From NCBI GenBank assembly GCA_002788675.1, contig PFRS01000008.1, positions 3,233 through 67,232 on the forward strand: a stretch of DNA of 64,000 nucleotides, in the 5' to 3' direction. Shown here one piece after another: positions 37,376-47,534 of this stretch. Position numbers and translations under genes: made by a program. The notes beneath the pieces are model-generated. The model was not told the DNA's origin, ran no database searches, and was given only the letters and a program-made list of their open reading frames with translations. Position 1 is the first letter of the stretch; each line of letters begins with the position of its first letter. This DNA comes from Candidatus Pacebacteria bacterium CG_4_9_14_0_2_um_filter_40_15. GTDB taxonomy: Bacteria; Patescibacteriota; Microgenomatia; UBA1400; PJMF01.

Positions 37376-37711
37376 CTAAAAAGTGAGTAGTGCGACAACT
37401 GCGTCGCAGTGCTCACTAAAGACCTTTCTTGTTGAGACGGTCAGTTCGTTCATGAAGATTTCAAAGAGCCTAGCTGCTGTGTTTAATAGCCGTCTTATAT
37501 TTTTGCAGGCGTGGTTTACAACTGGCATTGATTCATATTCATAAGCTTGGAGCAATTCCTCAACTTCTGAGAGAACTGCAGTCACCTGTACATTTACACG
37601 ACAAACTTGAACTTCGTCCAAGTAGTTCATATTCTGAACAAGCGCAGCGGCTGTTGCAAATGAAATCCTCATTGAAAACAAAAATTCATTTATTTCATTA
37701 TCAAGATTCAT
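37376..37711 (-). CDS. small helical hypothetical protein (111 aa)
   Basis: ATG at 37711 with GGAG SD. The track ORF is extended upstream to 37750. Confidence 0.4.
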   Translation of the reverse strand: MNLDNEINEFLFSMRISFATAAALVQNMNYLDEVQVCRVNVQVTAVLSEVEELLQAYEYESMPVVNHACKNIRRLLNTAARLFEIFMNELTVSTRKVFSEHCDAVVALLTF

Positions 37712-38019
37712 GATTTTTCTCCAAAAATGTAAAGAGCAAGTGTTAATCAAAACACTTGCTCTTTAATAAAAATAAAAAAAAGAAGTGTCTAAAATTAAGC
37801 ACACTTATTATATCCCATAATATTGTTATTGTCAATCAAGACGGACTCTGATATACTATCCACATGAACACAACAAAATCATTTCTAAATAAGAATTGGT
37901 GGACTTCCTAAACTAAGGGAGTTTGTTTTGTTGTCGTTTAATTTCACCAGATCAGCTCCCGTTCGGGAGCATTTCTTTTATGTTTAGCTCCTACTTATAA
38001 AAAGTTTAGGAAAAAACAA

Positions 38020-38760
38020 ATGAAAAATACCACATGTATTGGAATACTGGGTGGCGTTGGTCCACAAGCTACCGAGTATTTGTATAAAAAACTAATAAGT
38101 GGAGCAGTGCTACAACATGGCGTTCGCGAGAACCATGAGTTTCCGCGCGTCTTGATTATTTCGGAACCGGTGATTGATTTTATCTCTTCAAAAGAACACT
38201 TGCCCAAGGCAAGAAAACAGGTGCTGGCTGCTGTGGAACGGCTTATTTTAGGCGGGGTATCGCATCTGGCTATTGCAAGTAATACAGTCCATCTTTTGGC
38301 TGAAGAAGTTTCAGAAATCTGCCACGAGCATGGAGTGGAATTTATTTCGATGCTCGAAGCAGTAGCACGATACTGCAGGCAGTGTGGATACACCTCAGTT
38401 GGGTTGCTTGGCAGTCCAGTAACACTTAGCTCAAACCTGTATGACACAGCGCTTCACAAGGAAAAAATTCGGGTAATAAAGCCAAGTGAAGGAGATTATC
38501 CAGAATTAGGATGTATAATAAAAAAGGTAATTGCAGATAAAGTTACAAGTGCGGATGAAAAAAAATTTGTCTCACTTCTAATACAGGTCGCATCTGAGTG
38601 TGACGCAGTTATTTTGGGCTGTACAGAACTTCCGGTGCTCGCTACAGCGCTGCAGCTTTCAACACCAGTAGTTGATACCAGCAGCATCTTGGCAGAAGTG
38701 CTTCTAGAAAAATACTTCGGTACAACAAAACAAACGACTACAAAGGAACAACAATCATGA
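38020..38760 (+). CDS. Asp/Glu/hydantoin racemase superfamily protein (aspartate-racemase-like) with Ser at the first catalytic Cys position
   Basis: IGILGGVGPQATEYLYKKL N-terminus. First catalytic motif reads IASNTVH (Ser in place of Cys). Second motif GCTELP retains Cys. Confidence 0.7.
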   Translation: MKNTTCIGILGGVGPQATEYLYKKLISGAVLQHGVRENHEFPRVLIISEPVIDFISSKEHLPKARKQVLAAVERLILGGVSHLAIASNTVHLLAEEVSEICHEHGVEFISMLEAVARYCRQCGYTSVGLLGSPVTLSSNLYDTALHKEKIRVIKPSEGDYPELGCIIKKVIADKVTSADEKKFVSLLIQVASECDAVILGCTELPVLATALQLSTPVVDTSSILAEVLLEKYFGTTKQTTTKEQQS

Positions 38761-39746
38761 AAAAAAGAGTACTTTCAGGAATGCGCCCAACGGGCCGACT
38801 ACACTTGGGAAATTATTTAGGAGCTGCTAAAGGAATGTTAGCGCTTCAAGATGATCCAGACTACGAAACATTGTTTACGGTTGTTGATATTCACGCTACC
38901 ACCACTCCATACGATGCAAAAACCTTGCAACAGAGCGCACGGGATGTGTTTATAGATTATCTTTCAATTGGACTTGATCCAGAAAAAAGTGCCATCAACA
39001 TTCAGTCTGATTTGGCTGATGTAATTACGCAGCTTTCGTTTTATGTTTCATCAGTGATGACTGTTGCGCGTATGCAACATCTGCCAACGTTTAAAGATAA
39101 AGTAAAACAGCATCCAGATAATGTGACCATGGCGTTGCTGAACTATCCGTTGCTTATGGCTGCAGATATTCTTATCTATAAAGCCAGTAAAGTTCCGGTG
39201 GGAATTGATCAAGAGCCTCACCTGGAAGTTGCCCGAGAAGTTGCGCGTAAAATGAACGAGCAGTTTGGCATGGATTTTCCAGAGCCAACTCGTTTTGCAA
39301 CAAAGGGCGAGTATGTGCCCTCTCTGCTTGGTGAAGGTAAGATGAGTAAATCGGTTGAAGGTTCCTCTATTGAGTTGAATGATGACCTAGATACTATTGT
39401 AGCTAAGTTGAAAAAAGCTCCTACAGATGCAGGAACTGGTGCAGCAGTACCAACTTCAGGTGGAGTTGCCAATCTTTTCCAATTTGTTGAACTTTTCCAG
39501 GGTGAAGCAAAGCGACGCGAATATGAAGCTGCATATACAGGTAGTGGGGTTCGCTATGGAGATCTTAAAAAAGAATTAGCACAGGCAATTTTTGATGAGT
39601 TACGTCCAATTCAGAAAAAACGAGCTGAGCTTGAGGCAAATCCAGACTATGTTGATCGAATCATTAAAGAAGGAGCAGATCGTTCACGCGTAATTGCAGA
39701 AGCAACTGTAGCAGAAGTTCGTGAAAAAATGGGACTTCGTAAATAA
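38757..39746 (+). CDS. trpS: tryptophanyl-tRNA synthetase
   Basis: MRPTGRLHLGNYLGA (HIGH-like) and KMSKS motif. 329 aa. ATGA overlap with the racemase gene. Confidence 0.9.
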   Translation: MKKRVLSGMRPTGRLHLGNYLGAAKGMLALQDDPDYETLFTVVDIHATTTPYDAKTLQQSARDVFIDYLSIGLDPEKSAINIQSDLADVITQLSFYVSSVMTVARMQHLPTFKDKVKQHPDNVTMALLNYPLLMAADILIYKASKVPVGIDQEPHLEVAREVARKMNEQFGMDFPEPTRFATKGEYVPSLLGEGKMSKSVEGSSIELNDDLDTIVAKLKKAPTDAGTGAAVPTSGGVANLFQFVELFQGEAKRREYEAAYTGSGVRYGDLKKELAQAIFDELRPIQKKRAELEANPDYVDRIIKEGADRSRVIAEATVAEVREKMGLRK

Positions 39747-39777
39747 AGTAAAAAAGATACCAAATGGAAAACCAAAC

Positions 39778-40107
39778 ATGAAAGAAGAAATTCAATACGA
39801 CGATTTTGTAAAACTAGACATTAGAGTAGCAAAAATTATTGCTGCAGAGCCAATTGAGGGTGCAGATAAATTACTTAAGATTACGCTTGATGTGGGCGAG
39901 TTAGGTGAAAGAACTGTTGCAGCTGGGATCAAAGCCTGGTATTCTCCAGAAGAGCTGGTTGGGAAAACTGTCACCTACTTGGCAAACCTAGCACCCCGCA
40001 TGTTGCGCGGAGTTGAGAGCCAAGGCATGCTCCTGGCAGGAGGAGATGAAACTGTGGCTTTGCTGGCTCCTGAAAAGGCGCTTGCGCCTGGCAGTATAGT
40101 TCGTTAG
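39778..40107 (+). CDS. csaA: tRNA-binding protein (CsaA/Trbp111-like OB-fold domain)
   Basis: FVKLDIRVAKIIAAEPIEGADKLLKITLDVGE...VGKTVTYLANLAPRMLRGVESQGMLLA. The track start 39721 is GTG inside trpS; ATG at 39778. Confidence 0.75.
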   Translation: MKEEIQYDDFVKLDIRVAKIIAAEPIEGADKLLKITLDVGELGERTVAAGIKAWYSPEELVGKTVTYLANLAPRMLRGVESQGMLLAGGDETVALLAPEKALAPGSIVR

Positions 40108-40193
40108 AATTCGGTATGTTTTCAGAAATGGTGCGTGACTTGAACCAGCGCACAGTTCTGTGTAAGCAAGATGAAAGGTTCAGGTGTTAGTGT

Positions 40194-42149
40194 ATGACTG
40201 ATAAATCAAAAAAAACTAAAAAAGTTGAAATGAAGATTAATCTTAATGATCTGTTTAGTAAAGGGCTGCTCTTTATTTTAATTGGAGTGCTGTTCTTACC
40301 ATTTATTTTAAATCTGGTAAATGGCGGTACAATTGAAGTTATTTCTTTGAGTCAGTTTGTTTCTGACGTTCGTGAAGAAAAAATTGAAAAAGTTGACGTC
40401 CGTGGTGAAGAACTTATGCTAACTTACGCAGATGGCTCGGAAAAGACCACTCGTAAAGAAGCAGGGCAAGGAATCGTCGACATTTTATCTGCCTCGGATA
40501 TAGATGTAAATAGTACCAGTCTGGAGATAAAAGATCTTTCCTTTTCTGCGATGTTTTGGGAATTAATGGTTAGCATTTTGCCTATTATCTTGATGGTAGT
40601 ATTTTTCTTTTTCTTGTTTAGGCAAGCAAGAGGCGGTGCTGGGGACATGATGGGCATGGGCAAAAGCAAAGCAAAGCTTTTTGTGAAGGGCAAGCAAAAT
40701 ACCAAGTTTGATGACGTAGGGGGTATGGATGAAGCAAAAAAAGAGCTTGAAGAAATTGTTGACTTCCTTAAGAATCCAAAGAAATACGAAAAAGTTGGAG
40801 CACGCACCCCAAAAGGTGTGCTCTTAGTTGGTCCTGCGGGAACTGGTAAAACGCTCCTTGCTCGAGCTGTTGCTGGAGAGGCAAATGTGCAGTTTCTCTC
40901 AATTGCTGGAAGTGAATTTATGGAAATGTTAGTTGGTGTGGGTGCGTCTCGTGTTCGCGACCTTTTTACGACCGCCAAAAAACTATCTCCTGCTATTATT
41001 TTTATCGATGAAATTGACGCCATCGGTCGCATGAGAGGTCAAGGCAACATGGGTGGTCATGATGAGCGTGAGCAAACTCTCAACCAGATTTTAGTTGAGA
41101 TGGATGGGTTTGCTCAAAATGAAAAAGTGATTGTTATGGCTGCAACAAATCGAGGTGATATGTTGGATCCAGCTTTAGTGCGCCCAGGCCGTTTTGATCG
41201 CCGAGTGTTAGTGCGACTTCCAGACTTGGAAGAGCGAAAATATATTTTGAGTATCCATGCCAAGGGAAAGCCTTTTGTATCAAATCTTACTTGGGAAAAA
41301 GTTGCACGCCGAACAGTCGGATTTTCAGGTGCTGATTTAGAAAACATGCTTAATGAAGCTGCGATTGCGGTGGCCCGTGAAGCGCGTACAGAAATTACCA
41401 TGGAAGACATTGAGGAAGCTTCACTCAAAGTGAAACTTGGTCCAAGTAAGAAGAGACTCCAAGATAAACACGAACGAGAAATGACTGCGTACCACGAAGC
41501 TGGTCATGCGCTTATTGCTCATTTATCTGCTCATGCAGATCCAGTGCACCGTATTTCAATTGTTTCACGCGGTCGAGCACTTGGATTTACGCTCACGCCA
41601 CCTGAAAAAGATAAGTTACAAACAACAAAATCTGAACTCATTGATCGAATTGCGGTACTAATGGGGGGAAGAGCTGCCGAAGAACTCATCTTTAGTGAGC
41701 TGACTGCAGGAGCAAGTAGCGACATCGAGCGAGCAACTCGCATAGCACGAGCTATGGTTACAGAGTACGGCATGAGTACACTTGGTCCTATGAACTATAC
41801 ACCACTCTACGACAATCAAGATTTCGGTCGTGCATGGGGTGAGGCAAGTCATATTTCAGCCAAGGTTCAGGAACAAGTTGATGAAGAAACGCAACGATTC
41901 TTAGCCGAAGGCTATGCTCAGGCTTTTAAATTGCTTAAAGCAAATAAGAAAACGCTCGATGCGGTTTCTCAGAAGTTGGTTGATGTTGAATCACTTGACG
42001 CTGATGAGTTTGCCAAGTTGATGGGTGAATCAAAGACAAAGTTTGAGTACAAGCCAGTGCTGTCTTCTAAAATTTCAGACGCGAAGGTTGCGGAAGAAAA
42101 AGAAGAAAAGCGAGTAGCTTCAGAAAAAAAATCTAAAAAAAGTAAGTAA
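40194..42149 (+). CDS. ftsH: ATP-dependent zinc metalloprotease FtsH
   Basis: [22 protein letters not shown] (Walker A), second region of homology, HEAGHAL zinc site. 651 aa. Confidence 0.95.
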   Translation: MTDKSKKTKKVEMKINLNDLFSKGLLFILIGVLFLPFILNLVNGGTIEVISLSQFVSDVREEKIEKVDVRGEELMLTYADGSEKTTRKEAGQGIVDILSASDIDVNSTSLEIKDLSFSAMFWELMVSILPIILMVVFFFFLFRQARGGAGDMMGMGKSKAKLFVKGKQNTKFDDVGGMDEAKKELEEIVDFLKNPKKYEKVGARTPKGVLLVGPAGTGKTLLARAVAGEANVQFLSIAGSEFMEMLVGVGASRVRDLFTTAKKLSPAIIFIDEIDAIGRMRGQGNMGGHDEREQTLNQILVEMDGFAQNEKVIVMAATNRGDMLDPALVRPGRFDRRVLVRLPDLEERKYILSIHAKGKPFVSNLTWEKVARRTVGFSGADLENMLNEAAIAVAREARTEITMEDIEEASLKVKLGPSKKRLQDKHEREMTAYHEAGHALIAHLSAHADPVHRISIVSRGRALGFTLTPPEKDKLQTTKSELIDRIAVLMGGRAAEELIFSELTAGASSDIERATRIARAMVTEYGMSTLGPMNYTPLYDNQDFGRAWGEASHISAKVQEQVDEETQRFLAEGYAQAFKLLKANKKTLDAVSQKLVDVESLDADEFAKLMGESKTKFEYKPVLSSKISDAKVAEEKEEKRVASEKKSKKSK

Positions 42150-42214
42150 TTTTTTTATGAGGTCGAAAGTATTGACTGTGTAATCTGCTTCTAAAAAAAT
42201 GATAGACTGAGCCA

Positions 42215-43204
42215 ATGATAAATACTGCAGAATTCAAGAAGCTTGCTCTGGAAGAAGAATATGAGGAACGTGATCGATTCATAATTTTTGATGGTCATGC
42301 CCTTATGTATCGTGCATTTCATGCGTTTCCCGAGCTGACTTCTCCCCAAGGTATTCCAGTAAATGCCGTATATGGTTTTACTCGCATCTTACTGACTGTT
42401 ATTCGTGATTTTGAACCTGAGTACATTGCAGTCGCATTTGACCATAAATCAAAAACAAAGCGTGCTGAAAAACACGAAAGTTATAAAGCAAACAGGCCTC
42501 CCATGCCAGAAGAGTTGCGGCCACAAGTGGACATAATTAAGTCTGTTGTTAAGGCGCTCAATATTCCAACATTCATTCAAGAAGGTGAAGAAGCTGATGA
42601 TTTGATTGGTACTATTGCAACTGAAATGAGAGCATCTGGAAAGTCAGATAAAACGCTCACCACCGTGGTGTCTGGGGACAAAGATTTGCTGCAATTGGTA
42701 AATGAAGATGTCTCAATTTGGATTCCAGGTAGTAAATGGACAAAGGATACTGAATATTTTGAGACTGAAGTGATTAAAAAAATGGGTGTGCGACCCAATC
42801 AAGTTGTAGATCTCAAAGCATTAATGGGTGATGCTTCTGACAATATTCCAGGTGTTCCTGGTATTGGAAAAGTAACAGCCAGAAAGTTACTCTCTGAGTT
42901 TGGTTCACTAGACAAAGTGTACCAGGCAGTAGATCGCATTGCGGAATCTGGTGAAAAACATGCGTTGCTTAAGGGTGCCACGCTCAAGAAGATGGTGGAA
43001 GGCAAAGAATCAGCATTTATGAGTCAGGAACTCGCAAGAATTGACGTCCACGTACCCATAGATTTTGATTTAACAAAATGCACGGTTAGAGATTACGATA
43101 AACAAGAAGTAATTGATGTGTTTGATTCACTTGAGTTTTCATCTTTAGTTAGATTATTACCTAGTGATAGATTTGAAGAATCTCTGCAGGAGGCATTGTT
43201 CTAA
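42215..43204 (+). CDS. stand-alone 5'-3' exonuclease / flap endonuclease (Pol I N-terminal domain homolog)
   Basis: LIIFDGHALMYRAFHAF, GIPVNAVYGF, DLIGTIA...VSGDKDLLQLV, helix-hairpin-helix GIPGIGKVTARKLL. Confidence 0.8.
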   Translation: MINTAEFKKLALEEEYEERDRFIIFDGHALMYRAFHAFPELTSPQGIPVNAVYGFTRILLTVIRDFEPEYIAVAFDHKSKTKRAEKHESYKANRPPMPEELRPQVDIIKSVVKALNIPTFIQEGEEADDLIGTIATEMRASGKSDKTLTTVVSGDKDLLQLVNEDVSIWIPGSKWTKDTEYFETEVIKKMGVRPNQVVDLKALMGDASDNIPGVPGIGKVTARKLLSEFGSLDKVYQAVDRIAESGEKHALLKGATLKKMVEGKESAFMSQELARIDVHVPIDFDLTKCTVRDYDKQEVIDVFDSLEFSSLVRLLPSDRFEESLQEALF

Positions 43205-44343
43205 TGAAAAAGAAAAAAGATCTCAAAGTTGCGCTGGTTCATGACTATTTACGAGAATACGGTGGCGCTGAACGCGTAGTTGAAGCTCTGCATGAACTTT
43301 TTCCAGATGCTCCAGTATATACTGCATTCTTTGATCCTGATGCCTTAGGCATGCATGCGGGGCGTTTTGATGGTTGGGATATTCGTGAGACTTGGATTAC
43401 GAAACTGCCTTTTTACAAGAAGTTGTTTTCTCCCTATCGAATTTTTGCACCAAAAGCTTTTGAAAGTCTTGATTTGTCCGAATATGACGTAGTCATTTCT
43501 TCAACAAATGCCTATTTTGCTAAAGCTGTAACGACACAGAGTGGCTCAAAAAAAGCTAATCATTACTGTTACTGTCACACACCAGCTCGATCGTTGTATG
43601 GCTATACAACCATGACTGATTGGAAGCGTAATCCCTTTACTCGTGTTATTGGCACGCTTATGAATCATTATCTGCGAGTAGTTGATTTCCAGATTGCTCA
43701 GCACGATTTTAAGTTTATTGCCAATAGTGGTGAAACAAAACGTCGCATAGCAAAATTCTATCGCAGAGATTCAGTTGTTATTTTTCCTCCTGTTGATGTG
43801 CAGAAAGTATCAGATACAGAACATAAGAACCTTAAAAAGCGCTCTGGTGACTATTATCTGTATGTGGGCAGACTAGCGGCGAGTAAACACGTTGATTTAG
43901 CAATTAAAGCATGTACCCAGTTAGGTGTGCAACTAAAAGTTGTGGGTTCTGGCAAAGGTGAAGAGTATCTTCGCAGCATGGCTGGTCCCAGCATTGAGTT
44001 CTTAGGTGGCGTTACAGACGAAGTTTTGCATGATGTCTATGCCGGGGCAAAAGCACTTATCTTTCCGGCTGAAGATGAGGATTTTGGTATCGTACCAATT
44101 GAAGCAATGGGACACGGAGTTCCTGTTCTAGCACACAGGTCTGGAGGGCCACGCGAGACAATCCTTGAAGGCAAAACCGGGTTGTTCTTTGATGAGTTAA
44201 CGGTTAAAAGTTTAGTTGAAAAAATGCAGCAGTTTGAGACTGAAGAAAAAAAATTTAATTCTTCAGCAATTTATACTCATGCGCTTGAGTTTAGAAAAGA
44301 GCGATTTCAGAAAGAGATAGTAGAGCTTATTTCTTCTTTATAG
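43204..44343 (+). CDS. glycosyltransferase family 4 (GT-B, group 1)
   Basis: N-terminal KVALVHDYLREYGGAERV. C-terminal EDFGIVPIEAMGHGVPVLAHRSGGPRETI (E-x7-E motif). Confidence 0.75.
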   Translation: MKKKKDLKVALVHDYLREYGGAERVVEALHELFPDAPVYTAFFDPDALGMHAGRFDGWDIRETWITKLPFYKKLFSPYRIFAPKAFESLDLSEYDVVISSTNAYFAKAVTTQSGSKKANHYCYCHTPARSLYGYTTMTDWKRNPFTRVIGTLMNHYLRVVDFQIAQHDFKFIANSGETKRRIAKFYRRDSVVIFPPVDVQKVSDTEHKNLKKRSGDYYLYVGRLAASKHVDLAIKACTQLGVQLKVVGSGKGEEYLRSMAGPSIEFLGGVTDEVLHDVYAGAKALIFPAEDEDFGIVPIEAMGHGVPVLAHRSGGPRETILEGKTGLFFDELTVKSLVEKMQQFETEEKKFNSSAIYTHALEFRKERFQKEIVELISSL

Positions 44344-45763
44344 TAATCATCACCACAGTATTTGCAGGCATATGAATATTCGTTACCAATGAACCATCAC
44401 TGACACTTGCTGCTGTAGATTGAACTTGCCCAGTGTGGAATTCTTTGGTCACTGTATAGCTCCCGTTGGGTAGATTCTTAATTGTGATTGGTACTGCTTC
44501 ACTATGTTGTCCGTAGAGATCAAAATTCGAGAGCACAATCTGAGTGTCGCCAACATCATTTTTAGCAGCTAAACCTTTTACCCAGCTACCTTTTCCAAGC
44601 AGCTGCAGGCGTTGCGTGCCAATGCGATCTAACAATTTTAAGGCTGTGTAGCGGGGTTTGGGAGTTCCACCGAAGTCATTATGGGTAAGCATTCCCCATC
44701 GTCCCCAATTTCGCTCGCCCTTAGGATCTTTTCCATCTTGAATCTCAAAAACAAATGCACGCTCAACTATTCCGACCATTTCAATAGCTCCAGCAACGGT
44801 GTGAGCAGCCCCGTAGTTGCCATCATAGCCTGGATGATTCTCACTATCATGGCCCCACTCAGTAATGTGGAGTTCCAGTGAAGGTTCAAGGGTTGGATAT
44901 TTTTGTAGCCAGGTGCGCACGTTAGTCATGTCGTCACGGTATTGGTCGATGTCATTGTCGTATCGGTGCCAAGAGAAGAAATCAAAACGGATGTTATTGG
45001 TAACAGCATTTTTTGCTAAGGCATCAAACCAGTTTTTATACAGAGCCGTGGTGGCGGCGCCGCCAAATTTAAAGGGCTGGACACCGCGAACGCGGGCGGC
45101 GCCGCGAGCAGACGCATTATATAAAGACATGTAGTTGCGATCTCCATAGTACTTCCAGTCACCAAACAGATCAGGCTCATTCCAGACTTCATAGTACACA
45201 TTAGGAGTACGACGAGTGCCACTAATATGCTCGATGGTACGTTGTACAACAAGTTCCCAGTCGGCATAGTTTTTTGGTGGATCAATTATGCTGCCACTTG
45301 AAATAACTGGTGGCATGTAGGAGAGAGAAATATAGGGAGTGGCGCCAACAGCTTTCATGTCGTCGAGTAGTAAGTCGAGTTTGCTAAAGTCGAACGTTAA
45401 GTTACCGGGGGTTCCGCCTACTATGTCATAAAAATCATAGAGGTGGTCAATGCGAATGTAGGTGGGATGTAAGGCGCGAACTTGATTTTCGATTGGTTGT
45501 ATCCGCCAGGCATGATCTTCACCACCCTGAGCTAAATTTCTCCATGGGCGCGGCATGACGCCAACAACTTTTTGGGCATCAACCGAAATTTTAGCAGGTT
45601 CACCAGATGCTCTTGAAAAGAATTCTTTGACCACTTGGATCTGCGTACCGCCGATAACAGCGATAACCAATAAACTGAGCACCACAATTCCTTGGGCAAT
45701 CAGTTTAATCCGGTTTTTTTGTCTGTAATGGGTAACTCGCATACGTAGTATTAAGTGTAGCAT
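44327..45763 (-). CDS. membrane-anchored glycoside hydrolase, clan GH-A (GH39/GH5-like)
   Basis: YYEVWNEPD (acid/base Glu in NEP) and HITEWG (nucleophile Glu). N-terminal TM anchor. 17-nt 3' overlap with the convergent GT4 gene. Confidence 0.6.
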   Translation of the reverse strand: MLHLILRMRVTHYRQKNRIKLIAQGIVVLSLLVIAVIGGTQIQVVKEFFSRASGEPAKISVDAQKVVGVMPRPWRNLAQGGEDHAWRIQPIENQVRALHPTYIRIDHLYDFYDIVGGTPGNLTFDFSKLDLLLDDMKAVGATPYISLSYMPPVISSGSIIDPPKNYADWELVVQRTIEHISGTRRTPNVYYEVWNEPDLFGDWKYYGDRNYMSLYNASARGAARVRGVQPFKFGGAATTALYKNWFDALAKNAVTNNIRFDFFSWHRYDNDIDQYRDDMTNVRTWLQKYPTLEPSLELHITEWGHDSENHPGYDGNYGAAHTVAGAIEMVGIVERAFVFEIQDGKDPKGERNWGRWGMLTHNDFGGTPKPRYTALKLLDRIGTQRLQLLGKGSWVKGLAAKNDVGDTQIVLSNFDLYGQHSEAVPITIKNLPNGSYTVTKEFHTGQVQSTAASVSDGSLVTNIHMPANTVVMITIKKK

Positions 45764-45821
45764 TTTTTTGGTACAAATAAGATATATATTTTTACCTACA
45801 GTTCATAAAGAAAATAAAGTG

Positions 45822-46655
45822 ATGTTTCAAATTTCAAAACCAGTTGTTCAAGATTTTAAGGAAAAGGATGAGCGAGCTCCTGAAAGAGAAATTACGCCAG
45901 CTGAATACGAAGCCAAGAATCAAGAAAGAATGGCGGCGAATGGTGAGCTGATAAACAAGACCTTGCAGGTATTAACTTCAAAAAATATAGTATCTGATGC
46001 TGAAGTGGAAGCATTTGTTTTGCCAAACAGGAACATACCTATTCGCGCAATCAGAAAGTCGATTACAGAACTTTCAGAACAAATTACTGCTACCAATATG
46101 AGTGAATCTGAGCAAGAGGTGGCTCAGTTAGAGGCCACCAGATCACTTTTAGTCACAGAACTTCTCTATAGCGTGACGGGTTTAATCGAGAGTACGTTAC
46201 CCCGTAAGATCAATACGCTTGTATCAGAAATTAGAGCTTCACAATCCGTTGGTGAAGTAGTCGATACTGCCAAAGTTCAGCAACTTAAAGATATGCAGGC
46301 GCTTACACCACAATGGGAGGCATTAGTTACAAACAGTACTGATATGATGAAATATCTACGGGACAAACATCCACAGGAAATCACAAATATGTTTTTAGGA
46401 TCGCTGAATGAAGCACTCTTTATAGCTGTAAATAAAGATGCAGCAGCTTTATCAGTTGTGGAACTAAAAAGTGGCGGCGGAATGCTTGTTGATGAAATGT
46501 CTGAAGTGTCGATCTTTTTACAAAAATTACTTGCAATTGATGTGAGTGTTTTAACTACTCAGGCTGTTAGAGCTGAGGAAAACACAAAAACTCAACTTGA
46601 ACCTAAACAGCAACCACAAGATTCAGATGGTTCAGCATCTGTTGAAGAAGCATAA
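45822..46655 (+). CDS. hypothetical cytoplasmic protein
   Basis: The track start 45768 is TTG, only 4 nt from the divergent GH start. First ATG at 45822. Confidence 0.4.
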   Translation: MFQISKPVVQDFKEKDERAPEREITPAEYEAKNQERMAANGELINKTLQVLTSKNIVSDAEVEAFVLPNRNIPIRAIRKSITELSEQITATNMSESEQEVAQLEATRSLLVTELLYSVTGLIESTLPRKINTLVSEIRASQSVGEVVDTAKVQQLKDMQALTPQWEALVTNSTDMMKYLRDKHPQEITNMFLGSLNEALFIAVNKDAAALSVVELKSGGGMLVDEMSEVSIFLQKLLAIDVSVLTTQAVRAEENTKTQLEPKQQPQDSDGSASVEEA

Positions 46656-46671
46656 AGCACCCACTTTTTGC

Positions 46672-46706
46672 TTGACAATTTAGCAATCAAGTTCTATTAT
46701 TGCTAA
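46672..46706 (+). promoter_or_regulatory. hrcA promoter (TTGACA-N17-TATTAT) overlapping a CIRCE-variant inverted repeat TTAGCAAT-N11-ATTGCTAA
   Basis: -35 at 46672-77, -10 at 46695-700. Perfect 8-bp inverted repeat 46680-87 / 46699-706. Canonical CIRCE is TTAGCACTC-N9-GAGTGCTAA. Confidence 0.45.
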
Positions 46707-46775
46707 TACAGCACGAATATTTTAAAAGCGCTCTCTGCAGAGGGACATATGCGTGTTCGTAGAAATGAGAAGAGT

Positions 46776-47498
46776 ATGATCGACCTAACCGCGAGACAAA
46801 TTCAAATTTTACGCGCAGTTATTGAAGAGTTTATCAACACAGCAGAAGCTGTGGGTTCTGAGACGATCGATAAGAAGTACTCTATTGGTGTTTCACCTGC
46901 AACAATCCGTAATGAGATGGTTTATCTCGAAAAGCAAGGCTACCTTAAAAAGGGCCACAGCAGTGCTGGCCGTTTACCCACCTCTTTGGCCATGAAGCTC
47001 TATGTGAATGAACTCATGAAAGAGCGCGAGCTTTCGGTTGCTGATGAAGTTTCTGCAAAAGAAAAAATTTGGAATAGTCGCAAAGAGATGGATGAGCTCT
47101 TGTATCAAATGACTCGAGTTTTGGCTGATAAATCAAAGGCCCTGTGTGTAACTGTGCTGGAAGATGACCGCATGTTTCAATCTGGGTACGCTAATCTACT
47201 ACAAATGCCAGAATTCTTTGATATAACCGTGATGCGAAACGTGTTGCAACTTTCAGAAGAAGCCAAACTTCTCGAGGAATTGTTTGATTCAGGCACCAGT
47301 GAGAACTTGGTCCATGTTATCTATGGTCCTGAAATGGGAAATATTCACTTAGCTCCAGTAGGCATGATTCATATGTCATTTGAAATTGATCAGAAAAAAG
47401 TACATGTTGGTGTGCTCGGATCAAGTCGATTCGATTACCCTTACGTTATTCCAGTAATGAAGTATTTGCGCGGACTTATCCGCGAAATTGTTGAATAA
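46776..47498 (+). CDS. hrcA: heat-inducible transcription repressor HrcA
   Basis: MIDLTARQIQILRAVIEEFINTAEAVGSETIDKKY aligns with the HrcA N-terminal wHTH (B. subtilis MLTNRQLLILQVII...PVGSRTLSKK). ATG at 46749 is an alternative start. Confidence 0.8.
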   Translation: MIDLTARQIQILRAVIEEFINTAEAVGSETIDKKYSIGVSPATIRNEMVYLEKQGYLKKGHSSAGRLPTSLAMKLYVNELMKERELSVADEVSAKEKIWNSRKEMDELLYQMTRVLADKSKALCVTVLEDDRMFQSGYANLLQMPEFFDITVMRNVLQLSEEAKLLEELFDSGTSENLVHVIYGPEMGNIHLAPVGMIHMSFEIDQKKVHVGVLGSSRFDYPYVIPVMKYLRGLIREIVE

Positions 47499-47534
47499 AT
47501 TAGATAAAATTACGTGCCTTGCGCATGATTAGAA

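Noticed and set aside
40424-41852. Minus-strand ORFs within ftsH (40424..41032, 41114..41428, 41531..41773, 41658..41852)
   Set aside because: Antisense to a highly conserved FtsH reading frame.
45763-45768. Divergent genes with start codons 4 nt apart (GH at 45763, hypothetical at 45768)
   Set aside because: The + strand start is TTG. It was moved to the first ATG (45822), which leaves room for promoters.
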